The translations under genes were made by a program, and so were the position numbers. Shown one piece after another: positions 43,629 to 53,581 of a DNA stretch of 64,000 nt. The notes under the pieces are model-generated. The model worked only from the letters and a program-made list of their open reading frames with translations, ran no database searches and was not told the origin of the DNA. Numbering within the stretch: the first letter of the stretch is position 1; each line of letters starts with the position of its first letter. This DNA is from an uncultured Verrucomicrobiae bacterium (GTDB taxonomy: Bacteria > Verrucomicrobiota > Verrucomicrobiia > Chthoniobacterales > JAATET01): NCBI GenBank assembly GCA_963719495.1, contig CAVRCI010000011.1, forward strand, positions 1 through 64,000, given 5' to 3'.

Positions 43629-43703
43629 GGTCGTTTACTGGGGAGGTAAATTGGTGGGGGCGCAGCGGTCGGGTGACCGCTGCCGGGAATCCGAGCGCCG
43701 CGG

Positions 43704-44057
43704 TTAGCGCTGAAAGGGCCGCTCTTTGACCGTGGTGGCGGACTTGCCGATCCGGTCGCGGAGGTAATTGAGCTTGGCGCGGCGGACGAGGCCACGGCGC
43801 TCGACTTCGATCCTGGCGACGCGGGGCGAGTGAACGGGAAACACGCGCTCGACGCCTTCGCCGTAGCTGATGCGGCGGACCGTGAAGGCGGCGTTGACGC
43901 CGGTGCCTTTGCGACCGATGACGATGCCGGCGAAGATCTGAATTCGCTCCTTGTCTCCCTCGACCACGCGGGTGTGGACTTTCACGGTATCGCCTACTGC
44001 GAATTTCGTGACGTCCGTCTTCATTTGTTCCTGTTCGATGCGATCAATGACGTTCAT
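43704..44057 (-). CDS. rplS: 50S ribosomal protein L19
   Basis: [31 protein letters not shown]. Confidence 0.97.
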   Translation of the reverse strand: MNVIDRIEQEQMKTDVTKFAVGDTVKVHTRVVEGDKERIQIFAGIVIGRKGTGVNAAFTVRRISYGEGVERVFPVHSPRVARIEVERRGLVRRAKLNYLRDRIGKSATTVKERPFQR

Positions 44058-44206
44058 GGCCGGTAAATTTGTGGGTTGGAGAGGTTGGCGAGATACCGGG
44101 GATATGCAAGCACGGAATTTTGCACGAAATTTGGACGCGGAATTTGATTTGCGCGAACGCTAGAAAGTTTTTCGCGCGATGACCGCCTTTTCGGACGGAG
44201 GGGGGT

Positions 44207-44674
44207 TCACTGGATGGGGGCGAGGAGGCGGGCGGCGCGGGCTTTGAGGCGGAAGAAGAAGTTGGCATCGGTCATGTTGGCGGCGGTGGCGGGTTTGCTG
44301 CGCTCGAAGTCGGCTTCAAGCATGGTCGCGACCTGGCTGGTGAAGTCGCGGTCGAAGACGGCGGCGGTGACTTCGAAGTTGAGCCGGAACGAGCGGTTGT
44401 CGAAATTGGCCGTGCCGACGGTGGCGAAGTCGTCGTCGACGAGCATGACCTTCTGGTGCGTGAATCCGTCGGTGTATCGCGGGACCTGAATGCCCTCGAG
44501 GTCGTCGACGAGGCGCTTGACCGTCGGGCTGATTGCCTTGCGCGTGTCCGGGCGGGCGACGAAGTAACCTTCGAAATCGCTGTGTCCAAAGATCCAGTAA
44601 ACCGGGAGCGCGAGGACGGGCATGGTATTGAGCGCGGCGGTAGTTGCGGGCGAAATCGGTGTCGAGGAGGCCAT
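44207..44674 (-). pseudogene. cls: Internally deleted cardiolipin synthase (single HKD motif)
   Basis: N-terminal TM segment (LALPVYWIFG) joined directly to the C-terminal PLD domain (HQKVMLVDD, VGTANFDNRSFRLNFE); only 155 aa. Confidence 0.75.
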
Positions 44675-44946
44675 GAGATCTTTGACCGCGAGGTGGGGGG
44701 CGTCGGGGTTGCCGCCGTCGGCGGGGAGGCGGGTGATGAAAGTTTTGTCGGCGAGGCGTTCGCGGCGTTCTTCGGGGGATGCCGCGCGGCCGGCGAGGAG
44801 CAGAACGAGGAAAATGGAGAGCGGTCGAATGAACGTAATGGCGGTGAACTCGGACGAATTTACGCGGGACGGGGGGATTGTCAGAACGATCCACCGCCGC
44901 GCCCGGGCTTGACGGCGGGGGCGGGGAGGAGCGAAGGGTCTGGGTC

Positions 44947-45519
44947 ATGAAACGAATTCTTTTCTCCCTCCTGGTCGCAATTGGTGTGACGCCGCTTTTC
45001 GCAGCGGATAACGTCGCCGACATGGAAGACATCAAAGTTGTAATGAAGACCTCGGCTGGCGACATCGATCTCACGCTGTTCGCGTCGAAGGCTCCCGTGA
45101 CGGTCGCGAATTTTCTCAATCTCGCCAAAAGCGGTTACTACGACGGGATCAAATTTCACCGCGTGATCGCGAATTTCATGATTCAGGGCGGCGATCCCGA
45201 CGGGACGGGCGCGGGTGGGCCCGGGTATTCGTTCGAGGATGAATTCGATCCGTCCCTCAAGCACGACAAGCCCGGCATCCTCTCGATGGCGAACCGCGGA
45301 CCGAAGACGAACGGGAGTCAGTTTTTCATCACCCACGTTCCGACGCCGCACCTCGACGGGAAGCACACCGTTTTCGGCGAAGTGACGTCCGGGCAGGACG
45401 TCGTGAACAAGGTGAAGCAGGGCGACACCATCGAGACCATCGAGATCAAGGATTCGACCGACGCGCTCTTCGAGGCGAAGGCGGACCGGATCGCCGAGTG
45501 GAATAAATCGCTCAAGTAA
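44947..45519 (+). CDS. Cyclophilin-type peptidyl-prolyl isomerase, exported
   Basis: ATG at 44947; signal peptide; [36 protein letters not shown]. Confidence 0.95.
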   Translation: MKRILFSLLVAIGVTPLFAADNVADMEDIKVVMKTSAGDIDLTLFASKAPVTVANFLNLAKSGYYDGIKFHRVIANFMIQGGDPDGTGAGGPGYSFEDEFDPSLKHDKPGILSMANRGPKTNGSQFFITHVPTPHLDGKHTVFGEVTSGQDVVNKVKQGDTIETIEIKDSTDALFEAKADRIAEWNKSLK

Positions 45520-45557
45520 TCGTTTCGCTCAGATAGCGGGCGGCATCGAGAATCGGC

Positions 45558-45953
45558 GTGACCGCGGCTTATCTTTGGGTGGCCGCGGGTGGCGCGGTCG
45601 GCAGTGCGCTGCGCTTCGGGCTTTCCGAATGGATGGCGGCCCGCTTCGGCGGTGCTTTTCCCTGGGGAACGCTGGCGGTGAACGTCGCAGGGTCGTGCCT
45701 GATCGGAGTCTTCGCGGCTCTGGCGGCTCCGGATGGGGTGAGGTATCTGGCGGGGACTTCGGGGCGGGCGCTGCTGATGGTCGGCGTGTGCGGTGGGTTC
45801 ACGACCTTCTCGAGCTTCAGTCTGCAGACTTTGGCCCTGGCCCAGGAGGGGCATTGGGTCGCGGCGGCGGCGAATGTCCTGGGTTCGGTTGTCGCATGTT
45901 TGATTGCTGTGGTGGCGGGGTTCGCGGTGGGAGAGTGGGCGATTGCGCGCTGA
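45558..45953 (+). CDS. crcB: Fluoride channel FluC/CrcB
   Basis: GGAVGSALR, FPWGTLAVN, GVCGGFTTFSSF. Confidence 0.93.
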   Translation: MTAAYLWVAAGGAVGSALRFGLSEWMAARFGGAFPWGTLAVNVAGSCLIGVFAALAAPDGVRYLAGTSGRALLMVGVCGGFTTFSSFSLQTLALAQEGHWVAAAANVLGSVVACLIAVVAGFAVGEWAIAR

Positions 45954-46128
45954 CGCTGTTGGCTCGAGAATCATGACACGCCGCGGGCTTGGCCTGGGTC
46001 GATGGTGCGCCGAGGTTGTTTCCAACCTTTGCTGCCAACGACGGGGTTGGGGGATGGGGATGAAGCCCAGCTCGACGTGGGCTATGTGGGCGAATTGACA
46101 AATTTGCGAATGCTGTTCGGATTAGGGG

Positions 46129-46620
46129 ATGAAGAATCTGTTTCCGATCCTTGTTTTTCTCGCGACATTTGCGCTGACTGCTCCAGCGGAAGCCCGGGGT
46201 TTGTCGGATCTGGCGGGGAAGTATCCGACTGGGTTGCTGGTGATCTCGCAGGGTGAGAAGACGCGGCTCCTGGGGACGGTGGCGCTGACGGTGGGCTCGA
46301 ACGAGGCGGGGTCGCGGGGGCGCATCGTTTTCAAGGGGCGGATCGGGGAGGATGATTTCCGCACGAAGATCACGCTCAAGGGGCGGAAATTTGTCATGAC
46401 TTCGCTGCTGCCGGGAATCGACGGGTTTGGGCAACGCGTGTCGGGCAAGGCGAAGCTTCGGAAAGATGGCGTGACGCTGTCGGCGAAGCTGGCGGGGCAA
46501 GTGAGTGGCGAGGGGGATTGGGAAATTGGCTTCGACGCGTTTGGGCGGATTTTGACCATCGCTGGAAAGATTTCGCCAAACGGTGGTGACCCGATCTTTG
46601 TGAATTTCACGGCTGGTTAG
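46129..46620 (+). CDS. Secreted hypothetical protein
   Basis: Signal peptide ending AEA; beta-rich basic mature region. Confidence 0.6.
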   Translation: MKNLFPILVFLATFALTAPAEARGLSDLAGKYPTGLLVISQGEKTRLLGTVALTVGSNEAGSRGRIVFKGRIGEDDFRTKITLKGRKFVMTSLLPGIDGFGQRVSGKAKLRKDGVTLSAKLAGQVSGEGDWEIGFDAFGRILTIAGKISPNGGDPIFVNFTAG

Positions 46621-46677
46621 GTCGTAGGGATTGATTTTCCGCCGTTGGCTTCTAGCTTCGACGCAGGTTTTGCGACC

Positions 46678-46749
46678 GGGCAGTTAGCTCAGCGGTAGAG
46701 CGGCTCGTTTACACCGAGTTGGTCGGGGGTTCGATCCCCTCACTGCCCA
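46678..46749 (+). tRNA. tRNA-Val(TAC)
   Basis: Acceptor GGGCAGT/ACTGCCC, D-arm GCTC/GAGC, anticodon loop TTTACAC, T-loop TTCGATC. Followed by ACA rather than ACCA. Confidence 0.95.
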
Positions 46750-46802
46750 CATTTTTTTCCGAGGCCCGTCCGGTTTGACGGGGATGTTCGAATGGTGGGG
46801 TG

Positions 46803-47144
46803 ATGAATATTTTCAAAGTTGGCGCGATTGCGGGTCTTATCGTGGGTCTGGTCGGGTGTGAAACGATGTCGACGGGGTCGCTGCTGCAAAGTGGACTGGC
46901 GGCGGCGGTGCGGAGTTATGCCGGGCGCGACGTGTCGCCGAATCAGCCGCGCGGCGCGTATCGGCGGGATGACGGGTATCGGGACGATTACCGGAACTAC
47001 CGGGACGACGACCGGCGCTACGTGCGGGAGTCGACGGGGTCACAGCGGTTTGGGCCTTACCGGAACTCGCGCGGGCAGGATTATGTGATCGTGCGGAACT
47101 ACTACAGCGATGGGTCGTATGAGGACTCGCCGCAGTTGTATTGA
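46803..47144 (+). CDS. Small lipoprotein
   Basis: Lipobox LVGC; YRDD low-complexity repeats. Confidence 0.65.
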   Translation: MNIFKVGAIAGLIVGLVGCETMSTGSLLQSGLAAAVRSYAGRDVSPNQPRGAYRRDDGYRDDYRNYRDDDRRYVRESTGSQRFGPYRNSRGQDYVIVRNYYSDGSYEDSPQLY

Positions 47145-47187
47145 GAGATGCGAAATGCCGCCTAAGGCGGACGATTGGACCGTTCGG

Positions 47188-47231
47188 TGGCGGGGACGCC
47201 AGCGACAGCAGGCCGGGAGGCCTGCGCTCCC
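47188..47231 (+). repeat. REP-like double-hairpin, family B
   Basis: GGCGGG(G)ACGCC...GC-hairpin-GCGCTCCC; related copies at 57896-57942 and 62725-62771. Confidence 0.6.
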
Positions 47232-47286
47232 CTTGATCTGATTTGCGCTTTGCGCTGGTTGCGGGACGGGGCATCTTCTCCGGACT

Positions 47287-48591
47287 TTGAAGAAGCCGTT
47301 TCCTCTCTTTCTTGCGCTGCGCTACCTGAAGCCGAAGCGGACTTTTGTCTCGGTCATCACGCTGATCTCGATCGTCGGGGTGACGCTGGGGATCACCGTG
47401 CTCATTCTGGTGATCTCGGTGATGACGGGGTTCGAGCGGGAGCTTCAGCGGAAGGTGATCGGGTTCGATCCGCACGTGGAGGTGCGGCGGGGGCCGATCA
47501 TGGAGGATTGGAAGGGGATTTCGGAACGAATCCTGACGGTGCCGCAGGTGGATGCGGTGACGCCGTTCGTGCAGGGGCCGGCGCTGGTGCAATTTCGGGG
47601 TCGGCGGTTGGCGCCGATCGTCCGGGCGATCGACGTGGATTCGGAATCGCCGGCGAAAATAGCGGAAATGGAGAAGTTCATTCTCGAGGGTGGGGAGCTG
47701 GATCTGAATGGCGATTGTTGCGTGATCGGATCGGAGATTGCGCGACAATTGGGGTTGATGGTGGGGGATACTCTGACGTTTTTCTCACCGGAGAATTTGC
47801 AGGCGGCAGAGCAACGGCTGACCTCGCTCAAGAGCGGTGGCGGGGAGGCGAATCCTGAGGAGCTGGAGTCGGTGAAGCAGCTCATCATCCCGACGGATTT
47901 GACGGTGACCGGGATCTTCGAAAGCGGGCGGTACCTCTACGACAGCCAGTTCATTCTGCTGCCGCTTCACATCGGGCAGGAGCTCTACGGGCTGGACGGG
48001 AACGAGGTGCACGGGTTGGCGGTGACTTCGCTGGACGCGTATCAGGCCGAGGTGATCAAGCAGGAGATCATGAGCGGGGTGGGACCGATGTTCACCGCGC
48101 TGACGTGGGTGGATTTGAACAAGCAGCTGTTCGAGGCGATCGCGATGGAGCGGACGGTGATGTTTTTTCTGCTGATGTTCATCATTCTGGTCGCAGCGTT
48201 TGGGATCATGAACACGTTGATCACGGTGACGGTGCAGAAGACGCGGGAGATCGGGATCATCAAGGCGCTGGGTGCGAAGACACATCAGATCGTGGGGGTG
48301 TTTCTGGCTCAGGGGATGGTGGTGGGATTCTTCGGGACCTTGTGCGGGCTGGGTCTGGGGATGGCGTTGATTCAATGGCGGAACGAGGTGTCGCGGTGGT
48401 TGGCGACGGCGCTGGGGATCGAGATTTTCCCGGCTTCGGTTTACCAATTTCAGGAGATCCCGGCGGAGGTGATTCCTTCCGACGTGGCGATCATTTGCGT
48501 GAGCGCGTTCGTGATTTGTTCGTTGGCGGCGCTGGTTCCGGCTTACGCGGCGGCTCGGTTGGATCCGGTGAAGGCGCTGCGGTATGAGTGA
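47287..48591 (+). CDS. lolE: Lipoprotein-releasing ABC transporter permease (LolC/E family)
   Basis: LALRYL..SVMTGF..KTREIGIIKALGA..PAYAAARLDPVKALRYE. Confidence 0.9.
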   Translation: MKKPFPLFLALRYLKPKRTFVSVITLISIVGVTLGITVLILVISVMTGFERELQRKVIGFDPHVEVRRGPIMEDWKGISERILTVPQVDAVTPFVQGPALVQFRGRRLAPIVRAIDVDSESPAKIAEMEKFILEGGELDLNGDCCVIGSEIARQLGLMVGDTLTFFSPENLQAAEQRLTSLKSGGGEANPEELESVKQLIIPTDLTVTGIFESGRYLYDSQFILLPLHIGQELYGLDGNEVHGLAVTSLDAYQAEVIKQEIMSGVGPMFTALTWVDLNKQLFEAIAMERTVMFFLLMFIILVAAFGIMNTLITVTVQKTREIGIIKALGAKTHQIVGVFLAQGMVVGFFGTLCGLGLGMALIQWRNEVSRWLATALGIEIFPASVYQFQEIPAEVIPSDVAIICVSAFVICSLAALVPAYAAARLDPVKALRYE

Positions 48592-48638
48592 GGCTTTTTT
48601 GAACAGAAGGGAACGAAGGGAACGAAGAATGCAGTGCG

Positions 48639-48748
48639 TTTGAACAGAAGGTCGCAAAGGTCGCAAAGGGATGGAGGAAATCCGGAGGGGGTGACCTGAG
48701 CGCAGCTCAGGTCACCCCCTTTGCGATCTTTGCGACCTTCTGTTCAAA
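48639..48748. repeat. Nested inverted-repeat element between convergent genes
   Basis: 32-bp arms with one mismatch (48639-48670 / 48717-48748) around a perfect 16-bp hairpin (48686-48720). A degenerate extra arm lies at 48598-48627. Confidence 0.8.
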
Positions 48749-49779
48749 AGCATTTCATCCGCCGCTCGCGAGCAGCCTCGGGGGAGGGCGGTGGGGTCTC
48801 GGCCGATGAGTTCGAAATTTTCTCCGCGGCGAATGGCGAGGTCCTGGGTTTGGATCGCGCAGCAGCTTCCGAGGTTCGCGGCGTCGAAGAGGCGGAGGAC
48901 TCCGGTGACTCCGTCGGGGACTTCGGTGTTGGTTTCGGGGTCGATGACGAGGCCGCGGGCCCAGGTGGGGTGGGCGTGGGGTTGGCCGAGGCCGCGGGTG
49001 TAGAATTGGGAGGAGAGCTCGGTCATGCCGTATTCGTTGACGACCTGGTCGGCGGGGAGGCCGAGGTGGTGGGTGAATCGGGCGTAGAGGTCGGGTTTTT
49101 CGATCTGGCGGCTGGTGCCCTTGTAGCCGCCGGTTTCGACGGCGAGGGAGCCGGGCGGGAGGGTGAGTTGGCGGTCGCCGAGGTGATCGAACCAATCGAG
49201 GAAGGCGAGGGCGGTGCCGAAGAGGACGGTGGGTGAAGTGAGTGCTTCGCACTTTTGGGTTGGTGATCGGCTGGAGCCGGAGCGAAGCGGAGACCGCCGA
49301 AGGCAACCCGATGGCACTGGCTTGGGAATTGCTATCCCTTCGGTCAACCACGACGCCATCTGGCTGAGTGAGGAAAACGGAGCTTCGTCGGCGGTCGGGA
49401 TGAGTGAGATCACTTCCCGGACGGCGGAGAGCCCGGCTTCCTCCCAGCCACGGAGGGCGGCGCGTTGGTAGAGATGTAGAGATTTGAAATGATGTTTGCC
49501 GTAGTCTTCCCCCGTTGTTCCGCTCGTGCGGAAGGTGCGCGTCGTCTCGGAGGCGGGGTGCGCACGGACGGCGGTTTGTTTGAAGACGGACTGGGGAAGG
49601 GCGGGGATCGCCTGCCACGCCGTGGCGGTCGGGAAGGCGGCGCAGTAGCGGTCGTAGGCCGGGTTGGCGGCGCGCTGGAAGGAGTGGATCTCGAGGAGGA
49701 GGTCGCCGAAGGATTCGCGGGACTCGGCGTCGATGAAGCGGGCGATCCGGGTTTCGAGGGTGGCGTAGTCGGCGGGCAT
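48712..49779 (-). CDS. LuxE/PaaK-like acyl-protein synthetase family protein
   Basis: FRTSGTTG, ETGGYKG, NEYGMTELSSQ, IQTQDL, ELIGR, RGCS. Confidence 0.85.
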   Translation of the reverse strand: MPADYATLETRIARFIDAESRESFGDLLLEIHSFQRAANPAYDRYCAAFPTATAWQAIPALPQSVFKQTAVRAHPASETTRTFRTSGTTGEDYGKHHFKSLHLYQRAALRGWEEAGLSAVREVISLIPTADEAPFSSLSQMASWLTEGIAIPKPVPSGCLRRSPLRSGSSRSPTQKCEALTSPTVLFGTALAFLDWFDHLGDRQLTLPPGSLAVETGGYKGTSRQIEKPDLYARFTHHLGLPADQVVNEYGMTELSSQFYTRGLGQPHAHPTWARGLVIDPETNTEVPDGVTGVLRLFDAANLGSCCAIQTQDLAIRRGENFELIGRDPTALPRGCSRAADEMLLNRRSQRSQRG

Positions 49780-49826
49780 GGTGCGGGTTTCGAAATTGTC
49801 ACATCGGAGGGCGGGGTCAATCGGGT

Positions 49827-52634
49827 ATGATCCGCCGCGTGTCGATGCGTGTCTGTTTCGTGGGTCTGCGCCGGGTGGCTTTGGGCTCGCTCGTCGCGGG
49901 GTCGATGGTCGGGTCGTGGGCGCAGGGGATCGGGCAGGGGAAGACGGCTGACGAGCTCTACATGGGGGCGGTCGGGGCCTACAACAATGGGCAATACGAG
50001 GCGGCGGTGAGCGGTTTTCAGAAGTTCACAGCGGATTTCGGCTCTTCCGAGCAGGGCAAGGAGGCGATGGGGGCGATCCGGTATCCGCTGGCGATGAGTC
50101 TGCTGCATCTGCAGAAATTCGACCAGGCGATGGGGGCGATTCAGGATGCGCTGAAGGCCGAGCCCGGGCCGTCGCTGGATCAGCGGGAGGATCTGACGTT
50201 TTACCTCGGGGTGTGCCAGATGCAGGCGCAGGAGATCGACGCGGCGCGGGCGACGTTCGATGATTTCGTGCGCTCGTATCCGCGGTCGAAGCAGGTCGAG
50301 GAGGCGGCGCTGCTGGCGGGGACGTCGTGGCTGCTGGCGGGTAGGAACGCGGAGGCGGCGGGACATTTTGCGAAGGTGAAGGGTGCGATGAATCCGATCA
50401 ACCGAGGTCGGGCTTCGGTGCTGGAGCTGTATGCGCTGCTCGAGGCGGGGGAGCGGGAGCGGGCTCTGGAGTTGGTGGTGGCGGAATTCCCGAGGTTGGA
50501 TCAGATGCTGCAGATCGCGACGTTTCAGACGCTGTCGCTGCAGCTGGGGTCGGAGTTTTTGGAGGCCGAGGATTACCGCAAGGCGATCCAGTGCCTGCAG
50601 CGGGTGTGGAGCAGCGATCGGTTGATCAAGTATCAGCAGGCGCGGCTCGATGATCTCGAGGACGCGATGGCCGCGGCGGAGGCGCAGCCGAAGGGCGATC
50701 CCTACCGGAAATTTCAGCTCAAGCAGATGATCGCGAAGGTCCAGCGGGAGCTGGAGAATTTCGCGAAGATGACGAGTTTCGACGCGGCGTTGCGGTTGCG
50801 GCTCGCGACGGCGTTTCAGGCGATGGAGCGGTATCGCGAGTCGGCGTTGATCCTCGAAGAGATGCTCGTCGAGATGCCGCCTGACAAGGTCGTGGAGTCG
50901 GCGACGGCGAATCTCATTCAGTGCTGGTCGGCGATCGAGCGCTGGCCGAAGGCGGTGGAGGCGGCGGAGACGTTCGAGGAGAAATTCCCGAAGTCGGAGC
51001 AGATGCCGCTCGTACTTTATCTGAAAGGTATCGCGCTGCAGCGGGAGAACCGGCAGCCGGAGGCGATCGCGACGTTTGCGGCGATCTCGAAGAAATATCC
51101 GAAGTCGGATTTCGCGCCGCGCGCGGTGTTCATGGAAGGATTCAGTCGGCTGCTCGGCGAGGAGAACCTGGCGGCGGTCGCGACGTTCGACGAGTTCGCG
51201 ACGGCGTATCCGGAGCACGAATTGGCGGACCCGGCGGCTTACTGGCGGGGGATGGGATTTTCGCTTGAGAAGCAGTATCCGCAGGCGCGGGCGGCGATGG
51301 ACGCGTATCTGGCGAAATACCCGGTCGGGGCCTCGCGCGGGCTGGCCGTTTTCCGGAAAGGATATGACGCGCAGGCGATGCGGGATTTCGAAACGAGCAT
51401 CGCGGAGTTGCGGGCGTATCTGACGAAGTATCCGGGCCACGAATCGAACGCCGAGGCGCTGCTCCTGCTGGGCGACGCCTACATGAACGAGGGGCGGATG
51501 GATTACGGGATCGCGGCGTTCAAGCGGATCCCGCCGGAGGAGACGCGTTTCTTCGAGGAGGGCTGGTTCAAGGTCGGGAAGGCGCTGCGATTGCTCGAGG
51601 ACGTGGACGGGATGCGGGCGCACTTCGAACAATTTGCCGTCGAGTCTCCGCGGAGCCCGCGCGTGGCCGAGGCGATCTATTGGATCGGCTGGACGTATCG
51701 CCAGCAGGACGAGCCGGAGAAGGCGCGCGACGCGTATTGGACCGCGATCGAGGAGATGGGGAACGATCCGTCGATTCGCTCGGTCGACGAGCTCTTCCCG
51801 GCGCTAACGAAGCTGTATTCCGGTCCCGAGGAAGACGCGCAATACCTCGCCAAGCTGCGCGATATCCGCGAGGAGGCGGATGGGGCGAAGGAGGAGACTC
51901 TGGCGATGCGGGCGCTCTGGGCGCAGGCCCGTGCTCTCGTCGGCACCCAGCCCGAGATCGCTCAGGACACGATGCTCGAGGCGGCGAAGCGGGTGGACGT
52001 TTCGTCGACGAATCCGCTGTTGATGGCGGAGTTCGCGAGTGCGCTGGAGGCGGCGGAGCGGGACGACGAGGCCGAGCGGATGTGGCGGGATCTGGTGAAG
52101 TGGAATCCGCGCGCGCCGCAGAAGGACGCGGCCTTCGCGGCGCTCGGGGAGCTGGAATTGCGGCGGGGCAACGAGAAGGCGGCGCTGGGTTGGTTCGATC
52201 GGTTCGAGAGCGAGACGTTCGGCTCGGTGCGGCTCGGCGGCGTGTTGTTGGCGAAGGCGAAGCTGCTCGTGGCGCGGGGTGAATACGACGCGGCGCGGGG
52301 AGCGCTCGAGCGGTTGCTGGGGAACGAATACACGACCGGCCTCGAGAAGGCGGAGGCGCTCTACGGAATGGGCCAGACGCACATGGCGCAGAAGAAGCCC
52401 GAGTTGGCCGTCCCCTATTTTCAGCGGATCTACATCCTGCACGGGCGCTGGACCGAATGGGTCGCGAAGGCCTACGTGCGCAGCGGCGAGGCGTTCGAAC
52501 AGCTCGAGGACAAGGACGCGGCGCGCAAGACTTACGACGAGATGACGAAGCTCGAGCGGCTGAACGATCAGCCCGAGATGAAAGAGGCGCGGGAGCGGCT
52601 CGAGGCGCTGGGAGGGCCGGTGAAGGAGTCATGA
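49827..52634 (+). CDS. Large exported tetratricopeptide-repeat protein
   Basis: Signal-like N-terminus and many TPR/BamD-like repeats (F..YP.S..A..A); 935 aa. Confidence 0.88.
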   Translation: MIRRVSMRVCFVGLRRVALGSLVAGSMVGSWAQGIGQGKTADELYMGAVGAYNNGQYEAAVSGFQKFTADFGSSEQGKEAMGAIRYPLAMSLLHLQKFDQAMGAIQDALKAEPGPSLDQREDLTFYLGVCQMQAQEIDAARATFDDFVRSYPRSKQVEEAALLAGTSWLLAGRNAEAAGHFAKVKGAMNPINRGRASVLELYALLEAGERERALELVVAEFPRLDQMLQIATFQTLSLQLGSEFLEAEDYRKAIQCLQRVWSSDRLIKYQQARLDDLEDAMAAAEAQPKGDPYRKFQLKQMIAKVQRELENFAKMTSFDAALRLRLATAFQAMERYRESALILEEMLVEMPPDKVVESATANLIQCWSAIERWPKAVEAAETFEEKFPKSEQMPLVLYLKGIALQRENRQPEAIATFAAISKKYPKSDFAPRAVFMEGFSRLLGEENLAAVATFDEFATAYPEHELADPAAYWRGMGFSLEKQYPQARAAMDAYLAKYPVGASRGLAVFRKGYDAQAMRDFETSIAELRAYLTKYPGHESNAEALLLLGDAYMNEGRMDYGIAAFKRIPPEETRFFEEGWFKVGKALRLLEDVDGMRAHFEQFAVESPRSPRVAEAIYWIGWTYRQQDEPEKARDAYWTAIEEMGNDPSIRSVDELFPALTKLYSGPEEDAQYLAKLRDIREEADGAKEETLAMRALWAQARALVGTQPEIAQDTMLEAAKRVDVSSTNPLLMAEFASALEAAERDDEAERMWRDLVKWNPRAPQKDAAFAALGELELRRGNEKAALGWFDRFESETFGSVRLGGVLLAKAKLLVARGEYDAARGALERLLGNEYTTGLEKAEALYGMGQTHMAQKKPELAVPYFQRIYILHGRWTEWVAKAYVRSGEAFEQLEDKDAARKTYDEMTKLERLNDQPEMKEARERLEALGGPVKES

Positions 52635-53581
52635 GGCGGATCCTGATCGCAGTTTTTGTTTTCGGCTTGGGTGTGCTTCGCGCCCAGGAAGGCGCCGGGC
52701 TCGACACGTTGTTCATGAACGACGCGGGCGAGACGAAGCGGACGGCGCGGGTGCTTGGGGCCGACGAGAAATTTCTGAAGATCGAGACGAAGCTCGGCGC
52801 GGGCGCGACCGCGGTTGTGAGCGTGCCGCGGGCGGAGGTGCGGCGGATCGAATTCGCGCCCAATCCGGAGCTCGATGCGCTGCTTGGGAACGCCACCGCG
52901 AAGGAACTCGGGCAGGTCGCTCTCCTCTGGAATCGCTGGCAACCCTTCGTCGGCGTGCCGAAGTCGCCGGCTGGCCGCGTCGCCAACGTTTACGCCCGCC
53001 TCCTGCTCACGAGCGAAGATCCCGCCGCCGCCAAGCAAGCGCTCGCGATGCTCGCCGAGATCGAGCCTAAGCTCTGGGACGACAACGAGCGGTTCACGGC
53101 AAAACAGAACCGGCTGCGGGCGATGGTTGCGACGGGACAGGCCGCGGCGGCCATCGACGAGGCGAGGGAACTCGCGAGGGATTCGGAGGATCCGGCGGTT
53201 TTGATTGAGGCGAAGTTCATTCTGGCCGAGGCCGCGCACGAAAATCTCCGCAAGCTCATCGAGAATAATCCGCGCTGGGAGGAGGACGTGAACGTCCGAC
53301 CGGAACGGGCTCGGCTGATCAACGACGCGCTCGACTTTTACCTCTACCCCTACCTGTTTTACGGGTCCGAGACGGACGCCGCGGCCCGCGGACTCTGGGG
53401 TGCGACCGAGATCTATGAATTCATCGGCGATGGGCGAAACGCGCTCGAGTCCGCGAAAGACATCACCTCACTTTACCCCGGCAGCCGGTTCGCCACGCAG
53501 GCGGCGGAGGTCGTCGCGAAGGAATCAACCAACGCAAACGAACAATCCAATGATGAGTCCGAAACCCAAAAAGAAAGCTAG
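52631..53581 (+). CDS. Exported hypothetical protein with TPR-like helices
   Basis: ATG overlaps the upstream stop; signal peptide; helical C-terminus ending LYPGS. Confidence 0.7.
   Translation: MRRILIAVFVFGLGVLRAQEGAGLDTLFMNDAGETKRTARVLGADEKFLKIETKLGAGATAVVSVPRAEVRRIEFAPNPELDALLGNATAKELGQVALLWNRWQPFVGVPKSPAGRVANVYARLLLTSEDPAAAKQALAMLAEIEPKLWDDNERFTAKQNRLRAMVATGQAAAAIDEARELARDSEDPAVLIEAKFILAEAAHENLRKLIENNPRWEEDVNVRPERARLINDALDFYLYPYLFYGSETDAAARGLWGATEIYEFIGDGRNALESAKDITSLYPGSRFATQAAEVVAKESTNANEQSNDESETQKES

Noticed and set aside
45520..45557. Fluoride riboswitch upstream of crcB
   Set aside because: The gap is only 38 bp and has no recognisable aptamer sequence.
46749..46752. Unusual tRNA 3' end (ACA instead of ACCA)
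   Set aside because: Non-encoded CCA is common, and a one-base sequencing deletion is also plausible.
48740..48750. CTGTTCAAAAG identical to the IS subterminal box, suggesting an IS-derived MITE
   Set aside because: The boxes face outward, and there are no TGT/ACA ends or target duplication; an 11-bp match may be chance.
48712..49779. Bioluminescence (lux) system
   Set aside because: Only a stand-alone LuxE-like gene is present; luxA, luxB, luxC and luxD are absent.
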